The notes beneath the pieces are model-generated. The model had not been told where the DNA came from. It did no database searches and was given only the letters and a program-made list of their open reading frames with translations. The translations under genes and the position numbers were made by a program. From an uncultured virus (IMG/VR IMGVR_UViG_2734482785_000008) (lineage: Duplodnaviria; Heunggongvirae; Uroviricota; Caudoviricetes): DNA of 64,000 nucleotides. Positions 35,315-44,916 of this stretch are shown one piece after another (positions within the stretch are counted from its first letter, which is position 1; every line of letters begins with the position of its first letter). Where the stretch lies: positions 1-64,000 of the IMG/VR virus record IMGVR_UViG_2734482785_000008, one strand, 5' to 3'.

Positions 35315-35545
35315 TTATTGGCTATGGCTAAAAATCAAATTAGACACTTCATGTTGCTGTAGCTCATCAAGATCCGAGGCCACAAAACCTTTTCCGAAAA
35401 ACTTCACAAGTAACTCACTAGCCGCATCATTGTCACCTATTACACGAAAGTCATACGGCAACGTCGCAAGTTGACGATGTAATCCTGCTGAGAAAGTCGA
35501 ATCTAACAGCGCCCAGAATTCCCACCGCAGGATAATACTCGCCTC
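35315..35545 (-). pseudogene. Open frame of 76 codons without ATG, possible decayed gene
   Basis: GAGG-N8-ATC where ATG is expected; half LexA box directly upstream. Confidence 0.35.
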
Positions 35546-36050
35546 TTAATACTGTATATATGTTGTTACGATATGTTTTTCTGTCTCTAAAAAAAGATGT
35601 TAATAGAATGCTAACCATTGAAGGGGATAAAAATATACAATTCCAACAAACGTTATTTTTAACAATTTTTTTCTTTGCGTTGACTTTCCCGGACACCTTG
35701 TCTGACCGAAGGTGCGCGAAAGCCACTTTTTCCTTCCTGAGTTATCCACAAAGTTATGCACTTGCAAGAGGGCCATTTTCTACATATTGTGGTGGCTAAC
35801 AGATGAAATGAATGTAGATTAATTGAAGATAAGGAGAAAATTTGAGATGCAATCATGACGTTAATAGATAGGGTCTGCATTACAGACCCCACCCGCATCA
35901 AGGAATTAGCCGTTCCCTGATGTTTTTCCGAAAACATGTGCCGTAAGCTCACGTTAACGACTTTCATTCACCGAATCCAACTATATAGGGGTTGGGTTTC
36001 TACGTCAACGTGAGCAAGTGCACCTTTACATTTGACAAGGAACCACCTGA

Positions 36051-36188
36051 ATGAACGCTTTTTTTCAGTTCCTGAGTGCATTTTTAGATGCGCCTATTAT
36101 TAGCCAGATTCTGGCTATTATCCTCATCATCGTTTTGATTTTGCTTTTAAGGTCAGTAAAAAATGGAATTATGCACTGGCTTACTTAA
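36051..36188 (+). CDS. 45-aa single-pass membrane peptide
   Basis: AAGGA RBS; MNAFFQFLSAFLDAPIISQILAIILIIVLILLLRSVKNGIMHWLT. Confidence 0.65.
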   Translation: MNAFFQFLSAFLDAPIISQILAIILIIVLILLLRSVKNGIMHWLT

Positions 36189-36263
36189 TGTTTCAGTGAA
36201 ACATTAAAATCTCCTTGATGTGGAAACAATCATTTTCTGTATGTGCTGGTGGGCACCTGTAGT

Positions 36264-36626
36264 TCAGCTTTCGTTGGCATTTAACTTCGTCTTTGCTTTC
36301 TCCACCAGCAACTTCCAGATGCCTATTTCATTAGCAGCCGCCTTGATGGCGGCATAAAAAGCATCTTGCTGATCGTAACGCTGGATCTGTTTTTTCAGTT
36401 TTGCCTCCACCAATTTAATTTCATTACGTGCTTTCTGAAGCCGCATCACCGCCCGGTTACATCTGTTCTTGTATAGCGTGTTAATCTCTGACAATTGCTT
36501 TAATTTACCAGCCTGACTGCGGATTATCGCCTCCCTGGCTTCTGCCGTGCGTCTCATCTGATCTCTTAAGAGTTCACCGTTTTCGATAATTCTTTCAAGG
36601 TGTTTGATGTGATCTGCAACTCTCAT
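36264..36626 (-). CDS. Coiled-coil hypothetical protein
   Basis: Coupled to upstream gene; heptad-rich. Confidence 0.75.
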   Translation of the reverse strand: MRVADHIKHLERIIENGELLRDQMRRTAEAREAIIRSQAGKLKQLSEINTLYKNRCNRAVMRLQKARNEIKLVEAKLKKQIQRYDQQDAFYAAIKAAANEIGIWKLLVEKAKTKLNANES

Positions 36627-37921
36627 ACTTCACCCTCGCTTGTATCACCAGCGTCCACCAACGACAATAAAGCCCTGGCCATCTTATGAACCAACAGTGC
36701 ATCAATAATGCCAAGCGTATGCCCCGGCTTAATGTTTAATGCTGCCTCAAGATGACACCTTTCCAGACCGCTTTTCTCGGCTTGTTTATGATGATATGGC
36801 GTAATAACGTCGCCCAAAACACGGCTAATTCTTTCTCGTAATTGCTGGGTGCCAGCACACTTGATCGCTGTATCGTGGAGACGGTTAACCAGTTCGCGAT
36901 AAACATGCGGCTTAATGCGGATACGTTCACCGGTGACGCCCTTTCCTGGCGCTGGCACCGAACTATCCGGAATATCCGGATAGTTGCCAGCCTCGTAAGC
37001 TACCCGCAGCCAGTGCATGAATGTTTCAGTGGACACACAACCACAGTCCACATCGATTTTCCCGCGTTGCTGTTCCAGCCATTGCCCAAAATCCAACCTG
37101 TAAGTCTTACTTTGGCTTACAGGTTGGCTACCCTGAAGCATGGCAGCGTGGCAGGCATACTCAACGCCCTTAACTGCATCTGCGCAGTAGTTATAGCGAT
37201 TGCATTCCACTAATTTCCGTTTGAGTTTTTCAATTGCCTGCGCGACATCAGCCTGTATTACAGGAACTGGCGGAACGGCTGTTTGCTCTCGAACGTCATT
37301 AGTCGCTATCGGTTCTGCTGCCAACTGACTGGCATATTTGTTAATGGTAACGATAAGCTCTTGCTCAGCCTCATCCAGACAATCACCGATACCTCGCCTG
37401 TCACCGTCAAAATCATCGAAATCGGCACGAATCTTGGCAACCTTCAGGATTGCGGACAACACCTCACTAGGAATTACCGGATAGTTGGTTGACGTTTCCG
37501 CGATTTCCCGAAAATTATTGGTTGACGAATTCTTGTTTTCCCGAAAGTTTCCGGACTGAAGCATGGCGGCGCGGCAGGCGTTCCAGCCATCTGCGTAACA
37601 ATCTCTGTGTGTCTTGAAATATGTCACCGCCCTTGGTACATCGTTTACGTCTATTTCATCCGGCACAACCGGCGCAGGTGAGTCAGCATAAACAGGAATA
37701 ACGTCCGGTTGCTCTTTATTGCTTTCATCCGTTAAAGCCCAGAATAATTTCCCGGCCGGATGTTTGAAAATATAAGCAACTGGTTCTGCTTCCAGCGATG
37801 CCAGAGCAATTCGTGCCAGTTCTTCCGCTTCTTCTGCTGGCAGTACAACGTTGCTACCAGGTCCGTATGTTTCGCGCCACTGCTTGATTGTCAGTAGTCG
37901 CTCTTTGGTAATAGTGATCAT
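36623..37921 (-). CDS. EaA-like mosaic early protein
   Basis: TITKERL...ELARIALASLEAEPV and GWNACRAAMLQ modules typical of P22/lambdoid Eaa proteins. Confidence 0.75.
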   Translation of the reverse strand: MITITKERLLTIKQWRETYGPGSNVVLPAEEAEELARIALASLEAEPVAYIFKHPAGKLFWALTDESNKEQPDVIPVYADSPAPVVPDEIDVNDVPRAVTYFKTHRDCYADGWNACRAAMLQSGNFRENKNSSTNNFREIAETSTNYPVIPSEVLSAILKVAKIRADFDDFDGDRRGIGDCLDEAEQELIVTINKYASQLAAEPIATNDVREQTAVPPVPVIQADVAQAIEKLKRKLVECNRYNYCADAVKGVEYACHAAMLQGSQPVSQSKTYRLDFGQWLEQQRGKIDVDCGCVSTETFMHWLRVAYEAGNYPDIPDSSVPAPGKGVTGERIRIKPHVYRELVNRLHDTAIKCAGTQQLRERISRVLGDVITPYHHKQAEKSGLERCHLEAALNIKPGHTLGIIDALLVHKMARALLSLVDAGDTSEGEV

Positions 37922-38433
37922 GCCGCGTTTCCTTCTTTCTTATTAACAATTACACCGTCATATATTTCATTAAGGTGCCCTCTCAACTCCATGCGCCTTA
38001 ATGCAGATAACATGTAATCGCATTCAACCTGCTTATTTCCAGTAAATGGCTTATCGTCAGGATTACCCCAACAGCAATTACCCTTGGGCCACCCATGTAC
38101 TTTCCGTACTCTTCCGTTAACAACGTGAAGTAATCCCCAGCCAGGTGGTAAATCCTCAATTGAAATAATTCCCGGCTCACTAATAAAGAATCGCCAGTCG
38201 CCCATTCCAAGAGACGGATTTTTACGAAAACGCTTTTTTCTATCTGCCAACAAGTCAGCACGAGAACACTTCGCCTCTATCAGGCATGATGCTGAATTTC
38301 TGAATCCCATAGCATCTGGCTGTTCTCCGGTACTGGTTACAGCTATAAAGCGGTCATGAAAACAAACCTTGAACCCGTTGCGCTTAAGGAACTTGTACGC
38401 AATCTGACAGAGTTCGCGGTGTGTTAACGCCAT
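37918..38433 (-). CDS. PD-(D/E)XK nuclease-fold protein (MmcB-like)
   Basis: EQPDAMG...LIEAKCSRADLLAD motif. Confidence 0.7.
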   Translation of the reverse strand: MALTHRELCQIAYKFLKRNGFKVCFHDRFIAVTSTGEQPDAMGFRNSASCLIEAKCSRADLLADRKKRFRKNPSLGMGDWRFFISEPGIISIEDLPPGWGLLHVVNGRVRKVHGWPKGNCCWGNPDDKPFTGNKQVECDYMLSALRRMELRGHLNEIYDGVIVNKKEGNAA

Positions 38434-38434
38434 A

Positions 38435-39112
38435 TCACTCTCCTTTGATGCGAATGCCAGCGGCGCGGATTGCAGCGATGACTTCAGAAACTTTGTATGC
38501 CATTACCGTTTGGTAATCATCGTGAAAATCTGTTCGATGAAGCATGCTGCTACGTTCCGGGAGCGATATTTCCCGAGCATCCAGTTCCTTAACGCGTTCC
38601 TCCAGTTCGTAGACCCTGCATTGTTCTCTATCATCAATCAGATATAACCCAAGACATTCGCTTTCTACCCAACCGCCAAAATCATGATCGTAACGCTCAC
38701 ATGAAAACTCACCGTCACCGTCCTTTGTTGGAATGGTGTAACTATCTAATGGGCCACCATATGTCGGCACATTCCCCAATGTTGGATGCTCAATCCACAT
38801 GAAAAATGCACGTCCGGTTATTGGGCAAATATCTGGCCGCCATTGGTTACGAACAGCCTTGGTTTCGGATAATTCTTCAGCGTGTTGTTTTACTTCCTCA
38901 AGCTCAACTCTCAGCTTCCCAACCGTAAGAGCAATATCCTCGTTCTCCTGGTCACGGCGTTTGATGTATTGCTGGTTTCTTTCCCGTTCATCCAGTAGTG
39001 CCAGTGCCACCGATGGCGTGAACGCCATACGAAACGCCACAAAATTTTGATGCATAGGTTCTGTTTCTACTGCAACTGCCGCATCTCGCAGTGCCTGATA
39101 GTCAATTGTCAT
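38435..39112 (-). CDS. Ead/Ea22-like protein
   Basis: IDYQALRDAA, PSVALALLDE, ALTVGKLRVELE and AIRAAGIRIKGE modules. Confidence 0.8.
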   Translation of the reverse strand: MTIDYQALRDAAVAVETEPMHQNFVAFRMAFTPSVALALLDERERNQQYIKRRDQENEDIALTVGKLRVELEEVKQHAEELSETKAVRNQWRPDICPITGRAFFMWIEHPTLGNVPTYGGPLDSYTIPTKDGDGEFSCERYDHDFGGWVESECLGLYLIDDREQCRVYELEERVKELDAREISLPERSSMLHRTDFHDDYQTVMAYKVSEVIAAIRAAGIRIKGE

Positions 39113-39753
39113 TCTCGCCATCCTTCACAGTTGTAATCACTACAGCCTTCAAAATCATATGGGCTGTACTGCCAGGTTATTTTTCCGCAATGCGGACAAT
39201 TCCAACGCACCTTCCCGCTTCGCGACTTCTTTCTTCTGTTCTGCTCTTTCAACCAGTCAGGCATGACCAAACCTGCGCCCTGAACCATTGTTCTGCGGTT
39301 AAAGTTATTGATATTGAACGTCCGACGCTTTGCTGCATCAGCAATGGAAAATGGCAACCAAACTATTCCTGGTTCGTTTTTGTTGGCGACGCTAAAGATG
39401 GTCGCTTTACTGAAGTCATCTGTTGGCAATCCACCGTGTTGAAGCCAGTAAACATCGTTGCCGTTCCAGCTACCTTTTTTGTAGGCCACATACGCAGTGC
39501 AATCTGACTCAATCAGGCTTTCTGTGGGGATGTACTGGCAATCAACGTGCCACACAGCCATTGCATCCACGCTATCAGCGCAAACAGGCTGATCGATATC
39601 TCGTCCACAATTCCAGGCTTTTTGGGCTTCTTCCAGCGTGTAAACATGAGCGCGATCGATATCAGAACTGTAACCATTGCCGTTATGGCAATGGGATGAG
39701 GCGTTATTACCCACAGTTTCACGCAAGCACATCATGTAAAAGCGGTTATTCAC
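39109..39753 (-). CDS. Hypothetical phage protein with C-terminal zinc-ribbon-like motif
   Basis: Coupled ORF; CPHCG...CSDYNC. Confidence 0.75.
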   Translation of the reverse strand: MNNRFYMMCLRETVGNNASSHCHNGNGYSSDIDRAHVYTLEEAQKAWNCGRDIDQPVCADSVDAMAVWHVDCQYIPTESLIESDCTAYVAYKKGSWNGNDVYWLQHGGLPTDDFSKATIFSVANKNEPGIVWLPFSIADAAKRRTFNINNFNRRTMVQGAGLVMPDWLKEQNRRKKSRSGKVRWNCPHCGKITWQYSPYDFEGCSDYNCEGWRE

Positions 39754-40006
39754 TGGTTGCCTCCGCTTCCCACGTTTTCAGACTTTCACCACAGAACGGG
39801 CAAAATGAAACTCGAATAGGCGATTTAGAAAATTCACCAGACCGCAGCATGATCAGGTCTTGTGAATGAATTAATTCATGGTTATAGATTTTGTATTTCA
39901 GCAGACCTTTTCGCGTCGTGTATTCAGCGTCATGCTCCAGGAATTGTGCCAACGCCGCGCACGGTTCAATCTTGTTGCCATTAATTTGGCATTTTGACTC
40001 ACTCAC
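39746..40006 (-). CDS. Small Cys-rich hypothetical protein
   Basis: GTG start overlapping the previous stop; FCPFCG motif. Confidence 0.7.
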   Translation of the reverse strand: MSESKCQINGNKIEPCAALAQFLEHDAEYTTRKGLLKYKIYNHELIHSQDLIMLRSGEFSKSPIRVSFCPFCGESLKTWEAEATSE

Positions 40007-40580
40007 TGGTTGCCCCCTGAATACGCTCAAACTCTATTACCCACACCCAAGGATTAGCGTTCCAACTATCTTCGCCATAAATTGATTTCCATAGGCTACG
40101 GAAACCTGGGTAATGCTTATCGCCAATGAGGGTCGATTCTGTTGGTGCGCCCTCAGCCCTTGCATCGCATTCGCTGATATCGTTCAACCGCTCAACGCGC
40201 ACGTTGGTAATTTCCAGAAGAATGCGCGATGCCCAGCGCGGCATGTGAATTGATGGCGTCCACTTTTCTGATACTGGTTTATTACAAACCTCGACCGGAA
40301 CCCGGTGCGTTTGTTCTGTCCAGGAGTTACGCACGCTTGCGCGATAAACCAGCGTTGCGACGTCCGTCGCTTTGCCATGTACCCGGTAGGTTTCGCGAAC
40401 CCAAATACGATCGCCCGGTTGACCATATGGACAATGCTTGGCAAGCAACTCTGCGGCCACTGCCCGTCCATAGAATTTTTCTTCAACAATCCTGCGAGTC
40501 TGTGTTTTATTCCCGCCAAGAATTGCCCGGACCATCTCATCGTTAAAAATCATGCCGCGCTCTTTCACTTCGCCTTTCAT
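39999..40580 (-). CDS. ASCH/PUA-like protein (PmgT position)
   Basis: MVRAILGGNKTQTRR, GDRIWVRE, PSIHMPR, NPWVWVIEF motifs. Confidence 0.8.
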   Translation of the reverse strand: MKGEVKERGMIFNDEMVRAILGGNKTQTRRIVEEKFYGRAVAAELLAKHCPYGQPGDRIWVRETYRVHGKATDVATLVYRASVRNSWTEQTHRVPVEVCNKPVSEKWTPSIHMPRWASRILLEITNVRVERLNDISECDARAEGAPTESTLIGDKHYPGFRSLWKSIYGEDSWNANPWVWVIEFERIQGATSE

Positions 40581-40589
40581 GCATCCCCC

Positions 40590-40676
40590 TTACCCATGTG
40601 CGACGATGCCGCCAAAAGTGATAGAGAACAGCCAGAAATAGATCGCGGCCATAATGATTTTGAATGCCGTGTTCAT
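40590..40676 (-). CDS. 28-aa hydrophobic peptide
   Basis: AGGAG RBS; MNTAFKIIMAAIYFWLFSITFGGIVAHG; first ORF after a C1 operator. Confidence 0.6.
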   Translation of the reverse strand: MNTAFKIIMAAIYFWLFSITFGGIVAHG

Positions 40677-40758
40677 ATTTTCAGCTCCTGTGATTGATTG
40701 GATACATGCCGCGCCTTGCGGCATGTTTTTATTTTCACTTTCTCTGTTTTAAAAATCA

Positions 40759-40775
40759 ATATTTATTAGAGCAAT
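40759..40775 (-). promoter_or_regulatory. C1 operator
   Basis: ATTGCTCTAATAAATAT. Confidence 0.88.
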
Positions 40776-41281
40776 TATTGTTGATGGAGCAGCGCGTTTT
40801 CATACTCCCTGACCATTAACGTAAGCACGCCGTGCCTCCTGAAAACACGCGCCACTTCAATCTTATCTTCCAGCGCGAACGCGATTTTACTTAGACCAAT
40901 TTTCTTAAGGAGATCAATCTTTGCTGGGCCGTCATTTCTGTCATCGGTGGCAGGACGCATAGATAGCAAAGGCTCAGCCCCGTTTGTTACGTACTTCCGC
41001 AGCCAGGCTCGTGTTTTATCCCTTGCGATCTCACAGCGCCCGGTTACAAACCAGACCGTGTAAACGTTAAATAACTGGCGCACAATATCAATAACTGGAG
41101 TTATGGGAGTATCAGTGTCACAGGCGAGATTAAACTCGTTCCAGTCCTTTGTTAATGCACCTTTACCTGGTGGCGGAAGAAAATGCAGTCTGTCTTCAGT
41201 TGCCTCTGATATTGTTCCATCAATATCAACTATGACGATATACGGACGTTCCTGGTGTGCGTGTTTATTGAAAATACTCAA
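40775..41281 (-). CDS. pap: HAD-family phosphatase Pap (T4 PNK phosphatase-like)
   Basis: DIDGT motif, VTGR, ED. Confidence 0.85.
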   Translation of the reverse strand: MSIFNKHAHQERPYIVIVDIDGTISEATEDRLHFLPPPGKGALTKDWNEFNLACDTDTPITPVIDIVRQLFNVYTVWFVTGRCEIARDKTRAWLRKYVTNGAEPLLSMRPATDDRNDGPAKIDLLKKIGLSKIAFALEDKIEVARVFRRHGVLTLMVREYENALLHQQ

Positions 41282-41353
41282 ATGCCCTCCTCATTGGACG
41301 AAAAAAATGCTGGTGGGCGCACTCCACCAGCATTAAAAGTGACACTGTAACTG

Positions 41354-42616
41354 TCAGCGAACGTAAATAGTGCCGCCGTTCTCTTTTTCCCATGCATCGC
41401 TACGTCCATAGCAAACATCGAGAAGTCTTCTTGCCGCTGTTTCCTCTAAACCCAATTCGACAACCAACTGCTCATGACGGCGGGTAACCACATCAAACAG
41501 GGTATGCAGCCCTTTAGCTCCCAGATCATCAATAAATTCCGGTTCGAACGGCAGCTCTGCCTCTGCCAACATAACCTCTTGCGCCCACTCAACTCGACGG
41601 ACCAGTTCCGGGCGGCGGCTTTCCATCTCTTTACAGATCAATTCATGGAAGAACTCTACCCAACCTTCCGGCTGGAACTCGCGGAAAATGGCCAACGGCT
41701 GGAAGTTTGGCATCAACCATTCGTTGATCCGGATATCAATGGCATAGCCCATGTCGCAGCAGAACTGATAAGCAAAGTCCAGCTTAGAAACGATATAAGG
41801 ACGCTCGTTATTGAACTCTTTAGGCGATGAGATCCCATAAGCCAGGAGGCGCGGGAAGAAGGAGATTTGCCCTAACGTCGGATGAAGTTTGCTTGCAGGG
41901 AAACGGCGCTCAGTAATGCCATACATTTCCTTCTTGAGCGTCGCAAATTTGGCATTCTCATTAACCAGCGCGGTAACCTCTGCTTTTTTATTAGCAAATG
42001 CCACGCGCGCTTCGCTTGCATCTTTAATAGTTTTTTTGAGCTGTTGGTTAAGGTCGGCGACCTGCTTACGCAGTTCCTGTCGCTCGCTTTTAGCTTTGTT
42101 ATAGCGTTTCTCAAGGTTAAAAGGATCAAGTTTCATGATCTCTTTATATTGAGATTTTAGCGTTGAAATCTGTGAGTTCCGCAGTTCAACCATCGCGGTC
42201 ATTTCATTGAGTTTTGTTTCCAGCTCAATGCTTATACGTTCGGCATTATCAGCACGCTGGTTGGCGTCATGCGTCGCATCGTCGATCGCGTCCTGTTGCT
42301 GGCGTTTCAAATGTTCAATTTGCAGCTGAAGCTCTTCAATTTCTTTACCCTTCAGACCGAGATCCAACTGCATATTTTCAGCTGCATCTACCAGGGAGTT
42401 ATGGCTATCAGCTTCTGCGTTATAAACATCAATAAGCTGTGCGTGAAGCATCTCCGCTGACTGAACCGCATTATCAAAAAAACGTGCTGTGAGGTCATCA
42501 CAACTAACGCGGCGTTGCGCGGCCCGGATGTTCTGGATAATGGCCGGGATACCGGCATTCAGGACATCAGGGATAGATACATTTTCGATTGATTGGTTTT
42601 GTGCTGAAGTGCTCAT
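41354..42616 (-). CDS. pmgS: PmgS coiled-coil protein
   Basis: 420 aa coiled coil; synteny. Confidence 0.75.
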   Translation of the reverse strand: MSTSAQNQSIENVSIPDVLNAGIPAIIQNIRAAQRRVSCDDLTARFFDNAVQSAEMLHAQLIDVYNAEADSHNSLVDAAENMQLDLGLKGKEIEELQLQIEHLKRQQQDAIDDATHDANQRADNAERISIELETKLNEMTAMVELRNSQISTLKSQYKEIMKLDPFNLEKRYNKAKSERQELRKQVADLNQQLKKTIKDASEARVAFANKKAEVTALVNENAKFATLKKEMYGITERRFPASKLHPTLGQISFFPRLLAYGISSPKEFNNERPYIVSKLDFAYQFCCDMGYAIDIRINEWLMPNFQPLAIFREFQPEGWVEFFHELICKEMESRRPELVRRVEWAQEVMLAEAELPFEPEFIDDLGAKGLHTLFDVVTRRHEQLVVELGLEETAARRLLDVCYGRSDAWEKENGGTIYVR

Positions 42617-42617
42617 T

Positions 42618-42836
42618 TCAAAGTTCCGTATTAGCTTGTGCTTCGGTCATTTTTCCTAAGTATGAAGGAGGAAGGACTACGCAATTTGTATCCAGTCCCT
42701 CACCTATGGCAGCCTGTAAAATTCTGGCTAAGGTGAGTCTCTTGTTGCGATACCTGGTGATGACATGCCTGATACCGCCGGTCGGCGTAACAAAGGCGAT
42801 CAGCCAGTAGTGATATTTCCGTCGGAATGGCCACAT
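42618..42836 (-). CDS. pmgR: PmgR
   Basis: 72 aa, AGGTG RBS; synteny. Confidence 0.65.
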   Translation of the reverse strand: MWPFRRKYHYWLIAFVTPTGGIRHVITRYRNKRLTLARILQAAIGEGLDTNCVVLPPSYLGKMTEAQANTEL

Positions 42837-42850
42837 AGTGCACCTTTTGG

Positions 42851-42916
42851 ATTGCTCTAATAAAAAACGTGATGAGTGTACATCACGTTTTAAAAATATG
42901 GAATTATTAGAGCAAT
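42851..42916. promoter_or_regulatory. Pair of inverted C1 operators (42851-42867 plus; 42900-42916 minus)
   Basis: Two ATTGCTCTAATAA matches flanking the imperfect palindrome AAAACGTGATGAGTGTACATCACGTTTT. Confidence 0.85.
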
Positions 42917-42917
42917 A

Positions 42918-43619
42918 TTATTCTGATTCTCGCTCAAAAAACGAGCTAATAAGGGGAAGCCAATCCTCTGACACTTCGCGAGGTCGCGGTTTGCCGTGGA
43001 AAAAGATTATTCGGCAGTCCTTTGGTAATGCCCCATTCCCCCTGGAGTAACGCGCGCTCGCATATTTTGAACCAGGTTCCACAACATCGGCCTTGTAACT
43101 TACAAACCATCCTGGATACAGATCCTGAAATGCTGGTGTATCATCGCCCATAACCTTCCGTAAGAACCCCTGATCACCCCAGCACTCAGTAGTGACACAA
43201 CGAGAAATCCAACCTTCCGGATCTTGCCAGAATGAACTCCAGATATGCGCTTTTACACTATTTGGTATCCACAGGGCACCGCTACCACGATAATGTGGAT
43301 GGTAAAAATCCCTAAGCATGGTGAAGCTGGTTGGTGGATTCTCAAGGATTGGGCGTATATCACCGGCAATAACTGTGTCCAAATCCAGATAGAACAGATC
43401 ATCGGTTATATCCGGTCGGAACAACTCTATTTTCGCCCACCAGCCACGGCACTTTTGCCACTGGTTGATCAATGGGACAACTTTGACGCCAGGTACATGT
43501 AAACGCTTCAGGTCTGTCAGGCAAATAATTTCATAGCCTTTTGGCAGTTGATTAACCAACCACTGCACATCGGAAGCGTTATAGTCACCACCAGAGCGAA
43601 AAACTAAAGCAATCTTCAT
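42918..43619 (-). CDS. pmgQ: PmgQ, GT-A glycosyltransferase-like
   Basis: [13 protein letters not shown] (DxD), WGDQ and FHGKPRP motifs reminiscent of GT8-like enzymes. Confidence 0.75.
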   Translation of the reverse strand: MKIALVFRSGGDYNASDVQWLVNQLPKGYEIICLTDLKRLHVPGVKVVPLINQWQKCRGWWAKIELFRPDITDDLFYLDLDTVIAGDIRPILENPPTSFTMLRDFYHPHYRGSGALWIPNSVKAHIWSSFWQDPEGWISRCVTTECWGDQGFLRKVMGDDTPAFQDLYPGWFVSYKADVVEPGSKYASARYSRGNGALPKDCRIIFFHGKPRPREVSEDWLPLISSFFERESE

Positions 43620-44293
43620 GCTGCACCATCACCTTTCACTTTCATCAATGTCAGGTTTCCGCAAAATACGGCACCAGTGTCGATATACTGCTGATTCCAG
43701 AATGTCTTCGGGCTTTTCACCGGAGTGTGACCAAAGATAAAACGATCTGCGCCCGAAATTTCGCCACCAATATCATCCATCGAATCACTGATACGCTCGC
43801 GCGCCCAGACAACGTTGAAAAGCGGCACCTCCTTACCGAATTGGTATTCATTATCCGGATAGTCGGCATGGGCTATAACGATAGTTTCTTGCCCGGTGTT
43901 CAACTCAATGATATAGGGCAGACGCTTTACCAGCTCCACCAGCGCCCAGGCTAATATTTCCTGATCAGTGTCCAGCATGAAGAACCATTGTCCGCCATTC
44001 ATTAGCCAGTTATTCACGTTGCCATCTGGACTTAACGCATCAATCATCAGCCGCTCATGGTTCCCCATCACTGCCCTGAACCAGGGCATCTGCAATAGTT
44101 CCAGACATTCGACATTTTCAGTACCGCGATCGATAAGGTCGCCGACCGATATCAGTAAATCCTGCGCCGGGTCAAAATCCACACGATGGAGTTCGGACAT
44201 CAGTCTGGTGTAGCAACCATGCAGATCACCAACAACCCAGACATTCCTGTATTTGGTACCGTCGATACGGTGATAAATTGTGGGTGCCATCAT
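43616..44293 (-). CDS. ppp: Ser/Thr protein phosphatase Ppp (lambda NinI-like)
   Basis: GDLHG, GDLIDRG, GNHE motifs. Confidence 0.95.
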   Translation of the reverse strand: MMAPTIYHRIDGTKYRNVWVVGDLHGCYTRLMSELHRVDFDPAQDLLISVGDLIDRGTENVECLELLQMPWFRAVMGNHERLMIDALSPDGNVNNWLMNGGQWFFMLDTDQEILAWALVELVKRLPYIIELNTGQETIVIAHADYPDNEYQFGKEVPLFNVVWARERISDSMDDIGGEISGADRFIFGHTPVKSPKTFWNQQYIDTGAVFCGNLTLMKVKGDGAA

Positions 44294-44916
44294 GTATTCT
44301 TCAGCCATTCTTTAAGAGTCATCTGCGGAATACCTCCCATTTTCCCGCATGAAACAACGTCAATCTGTTCACGCGCAGACTGGAATAACAAAGGCAGGTG
44401 ACTTAGATTTTTTGGCGTGCCGCCGGAGTGAACGCGTGGTTCTTGTGTAGCGTCAACGCCCACCAGGGCGACATGTTTGAATCCGATATGGAAAGCCAGG
44501 TTCAGAGCGCCATATGCACTATTGCCGCTGGCAATTTCATTCTCATCTTCGCAAAGTCCGAAATGTGCGGACCAGCGCCACGCCCACCAATCGGGAGAAT
44601 TCGTATTTTTTGGCTCCATGCCACGTTCAGCCACACGACGGAAGCACAGAACGCCGTCTCTGACTTCACGTTCTTTAACATCGGGTAGTGCCATGCAATA
44701 ACAAACACCACGGCGACGGCGGCCACGACCAACGCGCCGCATATTGTCTGGCGATGGATCAAGTGTGAAAAAATAAGAAGCGCGGTTCAGCCAGTCGATG
44801 GCCCCATTGACCGCTATAATCGGCACTCCGCGCGGCGCAACAAAGTTTGCGGCGCTTGGGCCACTGCCGACGATAATAACGCGATCACTGCCTCTAAATT
44901 TATTCTTGGGAAACAT
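44290..44916 (-). CDS. pmgP: PmgP, GT29/Maf-like Rossmann-fold protein
   Basis: [21 protein letters not shown]...LVGVD motifs. Confidence 0.65.
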   Translation of the reverse strand: MFPKNKFRGSDRVIIVGSGPSAANFVAPRGVPIIAVNGAIDWLNRASYFFTLDPSPDNMRRVGRGRRRRGVCYCMALPDVKEREVRDGVLCFRRVAERGMEPKNTNSPDWWAWRWSAHFGLCEDENEIASGNSAYGALNLAFHIGFKHVALVGVDATQEPRVHSGGTPKNLSHLPLLFQSAREQIDVVSCGKMGGIPQMTLKEWLKNT

